Below, one piece after another: positions 8,615 through 17,293 of a DNA stretch of 64,000 nucleotides (position 1 is its first letter; each line of letters starts with the position of its first letter). The notes under the pieces were generated by a model. That model ran no database searches, was not told the origin of the DNA, and worked only from the letters and a program-made list of their open reading frames with translations. Origin of the DNA: Eubacteriales bacterium. Lineage in GTDB: Bacteria > Bacillota > Clostridia > Oscillospirales > CAG-382. Location of the stretch: positions 1,437 through 65,436 of the forward strand of contig JAZOTA010000036.1 of assembly GCA_045657425.1 (NCBI GenBank), in the 5' to 3' direction. A program made the translations under genes and the position numbers.

Positions 8615-11600
8615 GTGAAAATTTATGATCTTTGTATGAAAAAGCGAATGAGAAGAGCAGTGGCGTTAATTATGACCGTTGTGTTTATGATTACTGCTGT
8701 TTCGATATTTTCAACGGCGTCGCTTCTTGTTCCTGACGTAAGCGCCAAAGCAAAGCCCTACATCCTTCTTGACAACGAAAAGGTTAACGAAGTAATTCTT
8801 CGCGAGGATGCAAAGCTTCGTCTTTACGCGTATTCTCCCGATTTTGAGGGTAATTTTAATTGGCAGATTGCTCACCCCGAAAGAGAAGATTTTTGGGTGA
8901 ATATCGATAGGGCTAATTCTAACAAGCTGTGGCTTACTTCAGCTTTGATTAGCAGTATGTGCAACGCTTCGGGCGAAGCAAAATTGCGTTGTAAGATTTC
9001 AAATAACGAAGCAGAACAATATACCGATCCGCTTAAGGTTACTATTTCCTATACTGCGGAAAGTGAAAATTTTGGAAATAATAAAGAAACCGAAACGGTT
9101 ACTTATGCTCAACCTCAAAGCAATAAGCTTGCGGCAAGAGCCGCTACAAACAAAAATACTACCACCTATTTGGTAGTTGTTAATTATCTTTTTGACGATA
9201 ACACTATTGCTTTTGAACCGTTTGGCGCTACTTTGGCGGCGGGAGATAGTTATACTAAAGAAATTGAGCCGCCCAAGGTTACCGGCTATCTGCCCTACAG
9301 ACGCGTTGACGATCAATATGTTTTGTCTGAAAAATTCACGCTTGATATTATAAATATTCAAAGCAATATAACCATTAATGTAATTTATGAACCTGCCTTG
9401 GTTGATTTTTCCATTCACCACCATAAGCAGGATATTTACGATGACAATTATTCGGTTACTGCCGATAAAATAACCACAGGTAAAGCATTCACGGGCTCAA
9501 CAGTTGGCGACGGACTTGCATTAACTGAAGAAGAATGGGCAGGCTTTAAACCGCTTGCATACGAGCATCTTGAGGTTGCGGCTGATGGTTCGACTGTTAT
9601 CGAGATCAGATATGACCGTAAGTATTATCTTGTCAATTTCGATATGAACGGCGGTTATGGTACCGAACCCGTATACACAAGATATGAAACTGTAATCGGT
9701 GCTAATATACCTACCCGTCACGGCTACATTTTTGACGGTTGGGAGCTTGTCTCCTATGACGGTGAAACACCTACTGCCGAACAAAAATCTATGTATGATA
9801 TAAACGGCGAGGGCAAAACTATTGCTGTTCCTGCCGCAAATATCACATACCGAGCAAAATGGATCGTCGGTCAAACAAAATACACAATGGTATTTTGGGC
9901 TGAAAACCCCGATGACAACGGATATAGTTACTGGGGACATATTGACAACATCTCTGCAATGTCGGGTGACATTGTAAATGCACGCGATATCATCGGTCAG
10001 GTAGATGGCATTGACGACGAGCAGTATTTTGAATTTAATCCCCAAAAGAGTGATAAAAACGTTTTAGTCGAAGGCGATGGCTCGACGGTTGTTAACGTTT
10101 ATTATACGCGAAAGCTCTATACTATCACGTTTAACGCACCCGGCTTGTGCTGCATTGAACCTAACCATAAGCACACCGATGATTGTTATGAAGAAATTTG
10201 CGGCAGAAGTCACGTTCATAGTGATGAATGTGTTTCGACGCGTATTTGTACCATACCTCCGCACGCTCTTCATAACGAAAATTGTATTATATGCGGTTTT
10301 GAAAACCATAAGCACGGCGGTGTAGGCTGTGAATGCCAAAAAACAGAGCACAGCCATTCCGTTGACTGTTGGAATGACGTTGGTAGCGAAGCAAATTATG
10401 TATATAATGCGCCGAGCAATCCCGAAAACGGTCGAATTTATTTCTATTCAAGTTGGAACAGAAGATATTATTATATATTTTTATTCGGTCAGTGGTATAA
10501 TTACAATGGTTCTGACGTCTACAATGGCTTGGTATTAGACCCCGAGTGTGGACTTGAAAATCACACCCACGGCACCGACTGCTCTTGCTCAATTGATGAA
10601 CATATTCATAATGATTCTTGTTATAGTGACGTGCTTCACACTCACTCACAGTCTTGCTATGCGTATTCCTGCGGTGAAGACGAGCATATCCACGTTGATG
10701 AATGCTTCCGTCTAACTTGTCCGCACCCCACTAACCATAAGCACAGCAATAACTGCACAAAATCTAATCAAAACAATACCGTAAAATTTGTTAAAGAAAA
10801 GTACGGTAGATATATTGGTAATATTTGGCCTATCACCGATGCAAATGGTAATAAGTATGACAGCGGTCAAAGATGGACCCCTGAATCTTCTTCGTATTAT
10901 AATGCGGTTTTGGTTTATATTGCTCAAATGACACCCGACGACTTTACTCTTAAGCTTAGTACTGCAAATTATGATACTTTTTTTATGCAATACTATTTGC
11001 AGGTGCTTCCCGGAAAATCGGGCGATGAAAACGTCGGTGGCATAGAATATGATTTAGACAAAGAAATTAATGCTAATTATAACTATATAACCAAGGCAGA
11101 GGACTTCTTTAACATCAAGGGTTTTACCCAAAAGAGCAGTAGTCCTGCATTTGGTTCTAACAATCAAATTGATATTGACGGTGGCGGTGTTGTAAAGTTT
11201 TATTACACCCGTAACACCTATAAGCTTGAATTTTCAAGCAACGGTCAGGTTTTAAGTGATAAAACGGTTAACAGCATTTATTATGAAAGCCCATTGAAGG
11301 AATATTATTTTGTTCCCGATTATCCGTCTAACCTCGAACCCGGTGCATACCAGTTTGGCGGTTGGTATACCTCGCCAGGTTGTTTTGACGGCTCTGAAGT
11401 TAATTGGGATACTGTTGAAATGAGCGATGGCGATATGATGCTTTATGCAAAGTGGTCGCCGAAGATCCACAACGTTAACGTATTCCTTACCGCTGATATG
11501 AATGAGAATGAGCAAATCGGTGCTACCGAATTAGTGCCGCACGGTAAATTTGCTATAGGACCCTCCGAAACTGTTGAAAACGGAGATTTGATTTTCCAGG

Positions 11601-13252
11601 GTTGGTTCTATATGGATGAAGGAACCGAAAAGGCGTTCGTTTTCAAGGGTATTCCCATTACCAAGGATATGAACGTATATGCAAAATGGAGCTCGCATAC
11701 TTACGTTGAATATCAAGTTTTCTTTAAGCTTGAGGGTACTGATATAGACGTTGCTAAGCCTATTGTAAGCACAACGCTTGTTGGTAATAACAAGACGTTT
11801 GAAGCTAAAGTCGGTAACGATCTTTATGAGCAATACCGCGAGGGCTATTATCCTAACGTTAGCAGCCATACCGTTACAATGAGCTTGTCGGGAGAACGTT
11901 CCTTTACGTTCTATTACAAATATGTCGAGGCAATGCCTTATAAGGTCAGATACGTTGATGAGAAAGGTGTTGATATTATCGACCCTCCGAAGCTCGTTAA
12001 AGATAACCGTTTGTCGGTTGTTACCGAAACGTTTGTCAGGATCAACGGTATGATGCCCGATGCATATCAAAAGCGTTTGATTCTTTCATCGTCCGGAGAG
12101 GATTTGGACAACGACGGTATACTTGATAATAACGTGCTTATATTCAGGTATAAGGCCGACACAACACATGCGTATTTCCGCGTTGTTCACTACATACAAA
12201 ATATTGCGCATGATGATACGACTTACCGCGAATATCGTTCCGAAGAAACGGTTGGTTTGATTGGCGTAAGCTATACAATTAGCGCCATTACGCTTACCGG
12301 TTTTGAATATGTACCTTCAAAAACGGTCGTTACCGGTGCAACTCCTTCCTTGAACGGAAACCAAGTTACCGCAACATTAGGTGCTGACGGCTTGCTTATT
12401 GAGCTCTACTACGATCGAGCCCAGTTTGATTACGTTGTTCAATACGTAAAGGAAGTTGACGGCGTGGATGTTCCGGTTGCAACTCCGAAATACGGAAAAG
12501 GTCACTTTGGTCAGCAGATCCTTGAAAATGCGCTTGATCTTTCTGCAAAAGGTTACAAGCTGGCAAGTACCAACGACTACGCTACGCTTACGATTTCTGC
12601 AACTCCCCAAAGAAATGTTATTCGTTTTGTATACGATGAAGCAAACGTAACTATTAAGTATGAAATTGTCGGACCTGCCGGTAGCGGTACGTTATCGCTC
12701 CAAACCGAGCATATCAAGGCGATTTCCGGTGTTGCTGATGGTTCATTGCCTAAAGCGAGCAACGGATTCATATTTGCGGGCTGGTATCTTGATGCCGATT
12801 GTACTCGACCGGTTGATCCAAACTTTGTAAAGTCCGATAATAGTTTGGTTCCTCAAAAGCAAGGTGAGGTTTGGAAAAACATCACTTATTACGCAAAATT
12901 CGATGCATTGCAGACAAATCTTACCATTACGACAACTTCGGTTGCTGCAGTGGATGCAAGTCAAGCATTCATTTTTACTGTGACAGGTAAAGCAGGAACA
13001 GATACTGCGTCCGTTAACGTTACTGTTGTTGTTACAGGTAACGGATCTGTTACGATTACCGATTTGCCTGTTGGCGATTATATCGTCACTAACCATACCG
13101 AATGGTCATGGAGATTTGGTGACGTTAATCCCGATACTCAAATCAAGCTTGAGTATCATGGCGGCTCTAATCAGTTAACCTACGCTATGTCACGAACTAA
13201 TAATAATTGGCTTGATGATAATAACGGTGTTAACAACAACTTTAAAGATTAA
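8615..13252 (+). CDS. Large secreted adhesin-like protein: InlB B-repeat-like and MucBP-like repeats, a Cys/His-rich insert and a C-terminal Cna-B/prealbumin-like domain
   Basis: Signal peptide; B-repeat motifs (PTRHGYIFDGW, YQFGGWY...LYAKW, FQGWF...VYAKW); ADGSTVIEIRYDR and GDGSTVVNVYYTR repeats; GSVTITDLPVGDYIVT; GTG start behind GGAGGTG; no LPXTG or C-terminal TM. Confidence 0.78.
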   Translation: MKIYDLCMKKRMRRAVALIMTVVFMITAVSIFSTASLLVPDVSAKAKPYILLDNEKVNEVILREDAKLRLYAYSPDFEGNFNWQIAHPEREDFWVNIDRANSNKLWLTSALISSMCNASGEAKLRCKISNNEAEQYTDPLKVTISYTAESENFGNNKETETVTYAQPQSNKLAARAATNKNTTTYLVVVNYLFDDNTIAFEPFGATLAAGDSYTKEIEPPKVTGYLPYRRVDDQYVLSEKFTLDIINIQSNITINVIYEPALVDFSIHHHKQDIYDDNYSVTADKITTGKAFTGSTVGDGLALTEEEWAGFKPLAYEHLEVAADGSTVIEIRYDRKYYLVNFDMNGGYGTEPVYTRYETVIGANIPTRHGYIFDGWELVSYDGETPTAEQKSMYDINGEGKTIAVPAANITYRAKWIVGQTKYTMVFWAENPDDNGYSYWGHIDNISAMSGDIVNARDIIGQVDGIDDEQYFEFNPQKSDKNVLVEGDGSTVVNVYYTRKLYTITFNAPGLCCIEPNHKHTDDCYEEICGRSHVHSDECVSTRICTIPPHALHNENCIICGFENHKHGGVGCECQKTEHSHSVDCWNDVGSEANYVYNAPSNPENGRIYFYSSWNRRYYYIFLFGQWYNYNGSDVYNGLVLDPECGLENHTHGTDCSCSIDEHIHNDSCYSDVLHTHSQSCYAYSCGEDEHIHVDECFRLTCPHPTNHKHSNNCTKSNQNNTVKFVKEKYGRYIGNIWPITDANGNKYDSGQRWTPESSSYYNAVLVYIAQMTPDDFTLKLSTANYDTFFMQYYLQVLPGKSGDENVGGIEYDLDKEINANYNYITKAEDFFNIKGFTQKSSSPAFGSNNQIDIDGGGVVKFYYTRNTYKLEFSSNGQVLSDKTVNSIYYESPLKEYYFVPDYPSNLEPGAYQFGGWYTSPGCFDGSEVNWDTVEMSDGDMMLYAKWSPKIHNVNVFLTADMNENEQIGATELVPHGKFAIGPSETVENGDLIFQGWFYMDEGTEKAFVFKGIPITKDMNVYAKWSSHTYVEYQVFFKLEGTDIDVAKPIVSTTLVGNNKTFEAKVGNDLYEQYREGYYPNVSSHTVTMSLSGERSFTFYYKYVEAMPYKVRYVDEKGVDIIDPPKLVKDNRLSVVTETFVRINGMMPDAYQKRLILSSSGEDLDNDGILDNNVLIFRYKADTTHAYFRVVHYIQNIAHDDTTYREYRSEETVGLIGVSYTISAITLTGFEYVPSKTVVTGATPSLNGNQVTATLGADGLLIELYYDRAQFDYVVQYVKEVDGVDVPVATPKYGKGHFGQQILENALDLSAKGYKLASTNDYATLTISATPQRNVIRFVYDEANVTIKYEIVGPAGSGTLSLQTEHIKAISGVADGSLPKASNGFIFAGWYLDADCTRPVDPNFVKSDNSLVPQKQGEVWKNITYYAKFDALQTNLTITTTSVAAVDASQAFIFTVTGKAGTDTASVNVTVVVTGNGSVTITDLPVGDYIVTNHTEWSWRFGDVNPDTQIKLEYHGGSNQLTYAMSRTNNNWLDDNNGVNNNFKD
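10148..10756 (+). repeat. Ten C-x(3-5)-H-x-H-x3-C-type peptide repeats (5 + 5) flanking an aromatic-rich segment, inside the large CDS
   Basis: HKHTDDC, HVHSDEC, HALHNENC, HKHGGVGC, HSHSVDC, then HTHGTDC, HIHNDSC, HTHSQSC, HIHVDEC, HKHSNNC in the translation. Confidence 0.85.
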
Positions 13253-13277
13253 ATTCAAGAAGGGTGGGAACTAGCAA

Positions 13278-13835
13278 ATGACTCATATTAATAAAAAATT
13301 GGGCAAGCGTGGGCTTTTGCTTGTTCTTCTTGCCTTTGTATTGGTTGTCGGAATCGGCTCTACAATCGCATATATTGCCTTGAAAACACCGAAGATCACA
13401 AACGAGTTTGTGCCCGCAAAGGTTACTTGCTTGGTTGAAGAAGAATTTACAAACGGAGTGAAATCCAATGTTTGTGTTCGCAATACCGGCAACGTTTCGG
13501 CATATATGAGAGTTGCGATTGTCGTTAATTGGGTTAACGATAACGATGGTACTGTTTTAAGTAATATCCCTGTTGAGGGCACTGATTATTCTTTGATCTT
13601 AAATAACCAAGGATGGGAAAAGGGAAAAGACGGCTACTATTACTATGTGAACCCCGTTGCAGTTGATTCGACCACCTCGGTTCTCATTACGGAAGCCAAG
13701 GAACTTAAATCGCCTGACGGCTACTCGCTTAGTATTCAAGTTTTGGCATCTGCGATACAGTCCGAACCGCCGAAAGCAGTCGAACAGTCGTGGAACGTTA
13801 AAGTGAGCAACGGCATTATGCTGCCAATACGTTAA
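13278..13835 (+). CDS. SipW-dependent secreted protein, TasA/camelysin-like subunit 4
   Basis: GSTIA|YIALKTPKITNEFVPAKV; VRNTGNVSAYMRV; DGYYYY; ASAIQSEP. Confidence 0.8.
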   Translation: MTHINKKLGKRGLLLVLLAFVLVVGIGSTIAYIALKTPKITNEFVPAKVTCLVEEEFTNGVKSNVCVRNTGNVSAYMRVAIVVNWVNDNDGTVLSNIPVEGTDYSLILNNQGWEKGKDGYYYYVNPVAVDSTTSVLITEAKELKSPDGYSLSIQVLASAIQSEPPKAVEQSWNVKVSNGIMLPIR

Positions 13836-13842
13836 ATAACAA

Positions 13843-13885
13843 TAAAACTCTACTATGATTTTTAAACGCATAGTAGAGTTTTTTA
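13843..13885 (+). terminator. Intrinsic terminator of the sipW operon
   Basis: AAAACTCTACTATG...CATAGTAGAGTTTT inverted repeat ending in a T-run. Confidence 0.8.
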
Positions 13886-13910
13886 CAATCAAATTATTGA
13901 ATCAAAATAA

Positions 13911-13940
13911 CAAAAAAGAGCCTTGTGCTCTCTTTTGTTT
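13911..13940 (-). terminator. Probable terminator for the small minus-strand ORF
   Basis: AAAAAAGAG-CCTTGTG-CTCTCTTTTG hairpin with A/T tracts on both sides. Confidence 0.45.
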
Positions 13941-14011
13941 ATATGGTATAATATTCGTAATTTTTTGATTAATCGTGAACAAGGAAACGTGTCTTAAACG
14001 GTTATGATAGA

Positions 14012-14263
14012 TTATCTTTGTTTGAGTTTTTTATAAAAAAATATTGCTAAAAGCAAAGGGATAAGAGTGGCAATTGCAGTAATCAAAAGCGCGCCCTTTT
14101 GCCTTGATAACAGCAACTCAATAAAGGTGTAATTATCTTCGCCGAACTTAGGCCCTTCATTTTTCCATAAATCGTATGTGTCATTAAATATAAAGGTAAG
14201 TAATGACAAGAATATTAATATTGATATTACTAAACAACAGTTTCTGATAATTTTGCAATTCAT
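14012..14263 (-). CDS. Small two-TM hypothetical membrane protein
   Basis: AAGGAG RBS before ATG 14263; two hydrophobic helices, basic C-terminus; AT-rich. Confidence 0.55.
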   Translation of the reverse strand: MNCKIIRNCCLVISILIFLSLLTFIFNDTYDLWKNEGPKFGEDNYTFIELLLSRQKGALLITAIATLIPLLLAIFFYKKLKQR

Positions 14264-14318
14264 AAATTCAACTCCTTGTATACATTCTAACACAATCGTC
14301 AACACGAGTCAATAGTAA

Positions 14319-14376
14319 ATAAAAAAGACACATCATAAAGGTTTTCTCCAAAATGATGTGTCTATATTTTTTATTG
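14319..14376. repeat. Palindromic repeat, copy 1 (direct repeat of 16168-16225)
   Basis: ATAAAAAAGACACATCAT...TCCAAAATGATGTGTCT; both arms identical to copy 2. Confidence 0.85.
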
Positions 14377-14493
14377 CAATTATTATTGGAAGAAGTAGCT
14401 TTTTCTGTACAAATCGAAAAAAGTTTGCAATCAATTGTTGCTCGACAAAGCAGAATGTATATGTTACAATTAGAGCAGAAACGAGGTGTTGCT

Positions 14494-15183
14494 ATGTTTG
14501 ATATAACAAAATTCGGCGGTTATCTGTCCCGTCTTCGCAAGAATGCAGATATGACACAATCCGAGCTTGCCGATAGATTAAATGTAACACATCAAGCAGT
14601 ATCGAGATACGAAAAAGGACATTGTTTTCCCGATATTTCGATTCTTGTTTTGCTTGCAGAGATATTTGATGTAACGGTTGACGAGCTTATCAATTCGGGC
14701 GAACCCACAAAAGGGGAATCAAAGATACTTGGAAATGTGGCGGTCGGAAATAATGATGTTGTAGCAGACGATTTTCAAGATATAGTTAACCTTGCGCCTA
14801 TATTAAAGCCGAGCGTTTTGACCAAACTTTCCGAAAACTGCAAAAAGCAAGGTATTGATATTTCAGGCATAGTAGAACTATCAGAATATCTCAACGATGA
14901 AATGGTAGTTTCTTTAATGGAAAATGCGGATTTTCAATCGATAAACGATGAACTATTGAAAAAACTTCTGCCTTTGCTTGATATTAAATCCAAGTCTATG
15001 ATTTTCGAAAAGATAATCAATGGTGAAATGGATTGGCATTTTATCGAGATTCTATTGCCGTATGCAGAATATCTTACGTCCCAAATTGAAGCTGCAGTTA
15101 TAGAGGGTGCATTGCCTAACCAAGCACTTGACATTCTCTATCGCTATTATTGGGACGAGAACGGGTACAAAAACAAGAGATAA
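14494..15183 (+). CDS. XRE-family HTH transcriptional regulator with helical C-terminal domain
   Basis: LRKNADMTQSELADRLNVTHQAVSRYEKGHCFPDI; start at ATG 14494 behind GAGGTG. Confidence 0.88.
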   Translation: MFDITKFGGYLSRLRKNADMTQSELADRLNVTHQAVSRYEKGHCFPDISILVLLAEIFDVTVDELINSGEPTKGESKILGNVAVGNNDVVADDFQDIVNLAPILKPSVLTKLSENCKKQGIDISGIVELSEYLNDEMVVSLMENADFQSINDELLKKLLPLLDIKSKSMIFEKIINGEMDWHFIEILLPYAEYLTSQIEAAVIEGALPNQALDILYRYYWDENGYKNKR

Positions 15184-15186
15184 GAA

Positions 15187-16149
15187 ATGTTTATCTGTCC
15201 AAAATGTAAATCCAAATTTTCATTACCACGGTGCAAATGCGGATATGACGCAATACAACTTAATAACATTTGGCAGTTGACCGATATGCCTGACATGATA
15301 ACGAACGGAGACGGGGATAAATATATCGGTTATGAGCATATTGGTGAATCCTATTCAGGTAATAGAAAATATATCGTCGAAGACACTGATGCGATTTTCG
15401 CAGATGAAATATCTAAGCTAACGTACGAAGGCGTTTTCCTTGACCTCGCGTGTGGTGACGGTTGCTTTACCGTTCCCTGCGCCGCTAACGGAACAAGAAT
15501 CATTGCAGGCGATATTTCCAACAGTATGTTAAGAATTCTCCAAGAGAAAGCAAAACACAATAGTATTAGCCTTGATAATGTTACGCTTTGCCGCATGAAT
15601 GCGCTTGAAATTCCGCTTGCAGATGAAAGTGTAGACACGGTTGTTGCAAACAGCGTTTTGCACCTTATTTCCAATCCTGAAAAGGTAGTGCGTGAAATAC
15701 ATCGCGTTCTTAAAAAGGGCGGAGTGTTTGTGTGCAGAGATGATGCACCGGGCAAAACTCCCGAAACGCTGTTTGATAATTCGCTGTATTTCGAAATCGT
15801 TAATTCTTTGTACCGCAAATATTGGAACCGACTAAACGCGCAAGGTATATATGCAAAAAAGTACAGTTGGAAATTCGATAGGAGTGCTTTTTGTGATCAG
15901 CTATTTAGCAGACGAACCGAAAAAATCATTGAGCAAAACCAACTATACGAAATATCATTAAAAGATGAATTTCTTCCAAGATTCATATCCCGTGGTTTTT
16001 CCGACCAAGTCAATGTGCCAAAAGATTTGCACGACGAAATCGTAAAAGAACTGTTACAAATTATTAAAGCTAAATACGGATATGATTTCTTTAAAATTAC
16101 TTTTAAAGGCATAGAAGAGGATATCAAGATAATAATTTTTGAGAAATAA
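15187..16149 (+). CDS. Class I SAM-dependent methyltransferase with N-terminal Cys cluster
   Basis: FLDLACGDG motif I, GDISNSML, IPLADESVDTV, LHLISNPEKVVREIHRVLKKGG; N-terminal CPKC...CKC. Confidence 0.88.
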   Translation: MFICPKCKSKFSLPRCKCGYDAIQLNNIWQLTDMPDMITNGDGDKYIGYEHIGESYSGNRKYIVEDTDAIFADEISKLTYEGVFLDLACGDGCFTVPCAANGTRIIAGDISNSMLRILQEKAKHNSISLDNVTLCRMNALEIPLADESVDTVVANSVLHLISNPEKVVREIHRVLKKGGVFVCRDDAPGKTPETLFDNSLYFEIVNSLYRKYWNRLNAQGIYAKKYSWKFDRSAFCDQLFSRRTEKIIEQNQLYEISLKDEFLPRFISRGFSDQVNVPKDLHDEIVKELLQIIKAKYGYDFFKITFKGIEEDIKIIIFEK

Positions 16150-16167
16150 AAATAAGATTTGTTAAAC

Positions 16168-16225
16168 ATAAAAAAGACACATCATTTTGGAAAAATCCAA
16201 AATGATGTGTCTGATTTTATTATTG
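16168..16225. repeat. Palindromic repeat, copy 2; likely bidirectional terminator
   Basis: AGACACATCATTTTGGA-AAAA-TCCAAAATGATGTGTCT perfect stem between convergent genes, with A/T tracts on each side. Confidence 0.85.
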
Positions 16226-16277
16226 AAAAGTTTTTGCTAAGCTTTTTTCAAAAAGCGGTTAAACTTCGTAAAATCGC

Positions 16278-17276
16278 TTATTTGCTAGCTTCTTCAACTG
16301 CAACTGCACATGCAACAGTCATACCAACCATGGGGTTGTTACCTGCGCCGATCAAGCCCATCATTTCAACGTGAGCGGGAACGGAGGAGGAGCCTGCGAA
16401 CTGTGCATCGGAGTGCATACGACCCATGGTGTCGGTCATACCGTAAGAGGAGGGACCTGCAGCCATGTTATGGGGGTGGAGGGTACGGCCTGTACCGCCG
16501 CCGGAAGCAACGGAGAAGTATTCTCTGCCGTTTTCAACACACCACTTCTTGTAGGTGCCTGCAACGGGGTGCTGGAAGCGGGTGGGGTTGGTGGAGTTAC
16601 CGGTGATGGAAACGCCAACCTTTTCAAGACGCATGATAGCTACGCCTTCAGAAACGTCATCGGAGCCGTAGCACTTAACGTCAGCACGGGGACCCTTGGA
16701 GAAGGGGATTTCCTTGATAACTTTAACTTCTTCGGTGTAGTGATCAAATTCGGTTTCGACATAGGTGAAGCCGTTGATACGGGAGATGATATATGCAGCG
16801 TCTTTGCCAAGACCGTTAAGGATAACGCGGAGCTGATTCTTACGAACCTTGTTAGCGTTAAGAGCGATCTTAATAGCGCCTTCTGCAGCCGCGAAGGATT
16901 CGTGACCTGCGAGGAAGCAGAAGCAGTCGGTTTCTTCGGAAAGAAGCATTTTACCGAGGTTACCGTGGCCGAGACCAACCTTACGGTTTTCAGCAACAGA
17001 ACCGGGGATACAGAAAGCTTGGAGACCGATACCGATAGCTGCAGCAGCGTCAGCCGCCTTGGTGCAGCCCTTCTTAATTGCGATTGCGCAACCTACAGTG
17101 TAAGCCCAAATTGCGTTTTCAAAACAGATAGGTTGAGTACCGCGAACGATCTTATCGCAGTCGATACCTTTAGCGAGAGTGATTTCTTTGCACTCCTCGA
17201 TGGAGGAAATGCCGTATTCTTTAAGAACTGCGTTGATTTTATCAACACGTCTTTCGTAACCTTCAAACAATGACAT
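16278..17276 (-). CDS. GGGtGRT family protein
   Basis: Signature SGGGTGRTLHP, FLAGHESFAAAEGA, AQFAGSSSVPAH. Confidence 0.93.
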   Translation of the reverse strand: MSLFEGYERRVDKINAVLKEYGISSIEECKEITLAKGIDCDKIVRGTQPICFENAIWAYTVGCAIAIKKGCTKAADAAAAIGIGLQAFCIPGSVAENRKVGLGHGNLGKMLLSEETDCFCFLAGHESFAAAEGAIKIALNANKVRKNQLRVILNGLGKDAAYIISRINGFTYVETEFDHYTEEVKVIKEIPFSKGPRADVKCYGSDDVSEGVAIMRLEKVGVSITGNSTNPTRFQHPVAGTYKKWCVENGREYFSVASGGGTGRTLHPHNMAAGPSSYGMTDTMGRMHSDAQFAGSSSVPAHVEMMGLIGAGNNPMVGMTVACAVAVEEASK

Positions 17277-17293
17277 GGTATTACCTCCTTTAA

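Noticed and set aside
10077..10649. Alternative-frame ORFs over the Cys/His region suggesting a frameshift or overlapping gene
   Set aside because: The main frame is uninterrupted and carries the patterned repeats; the other frames are short and have no motifs.
14319..16225. Repeat pair as a CRISPR array or IS ends
   Set aside because: Only two copies 1.85 kb apart in direct orientation; no spacers, cas genes or transposase.
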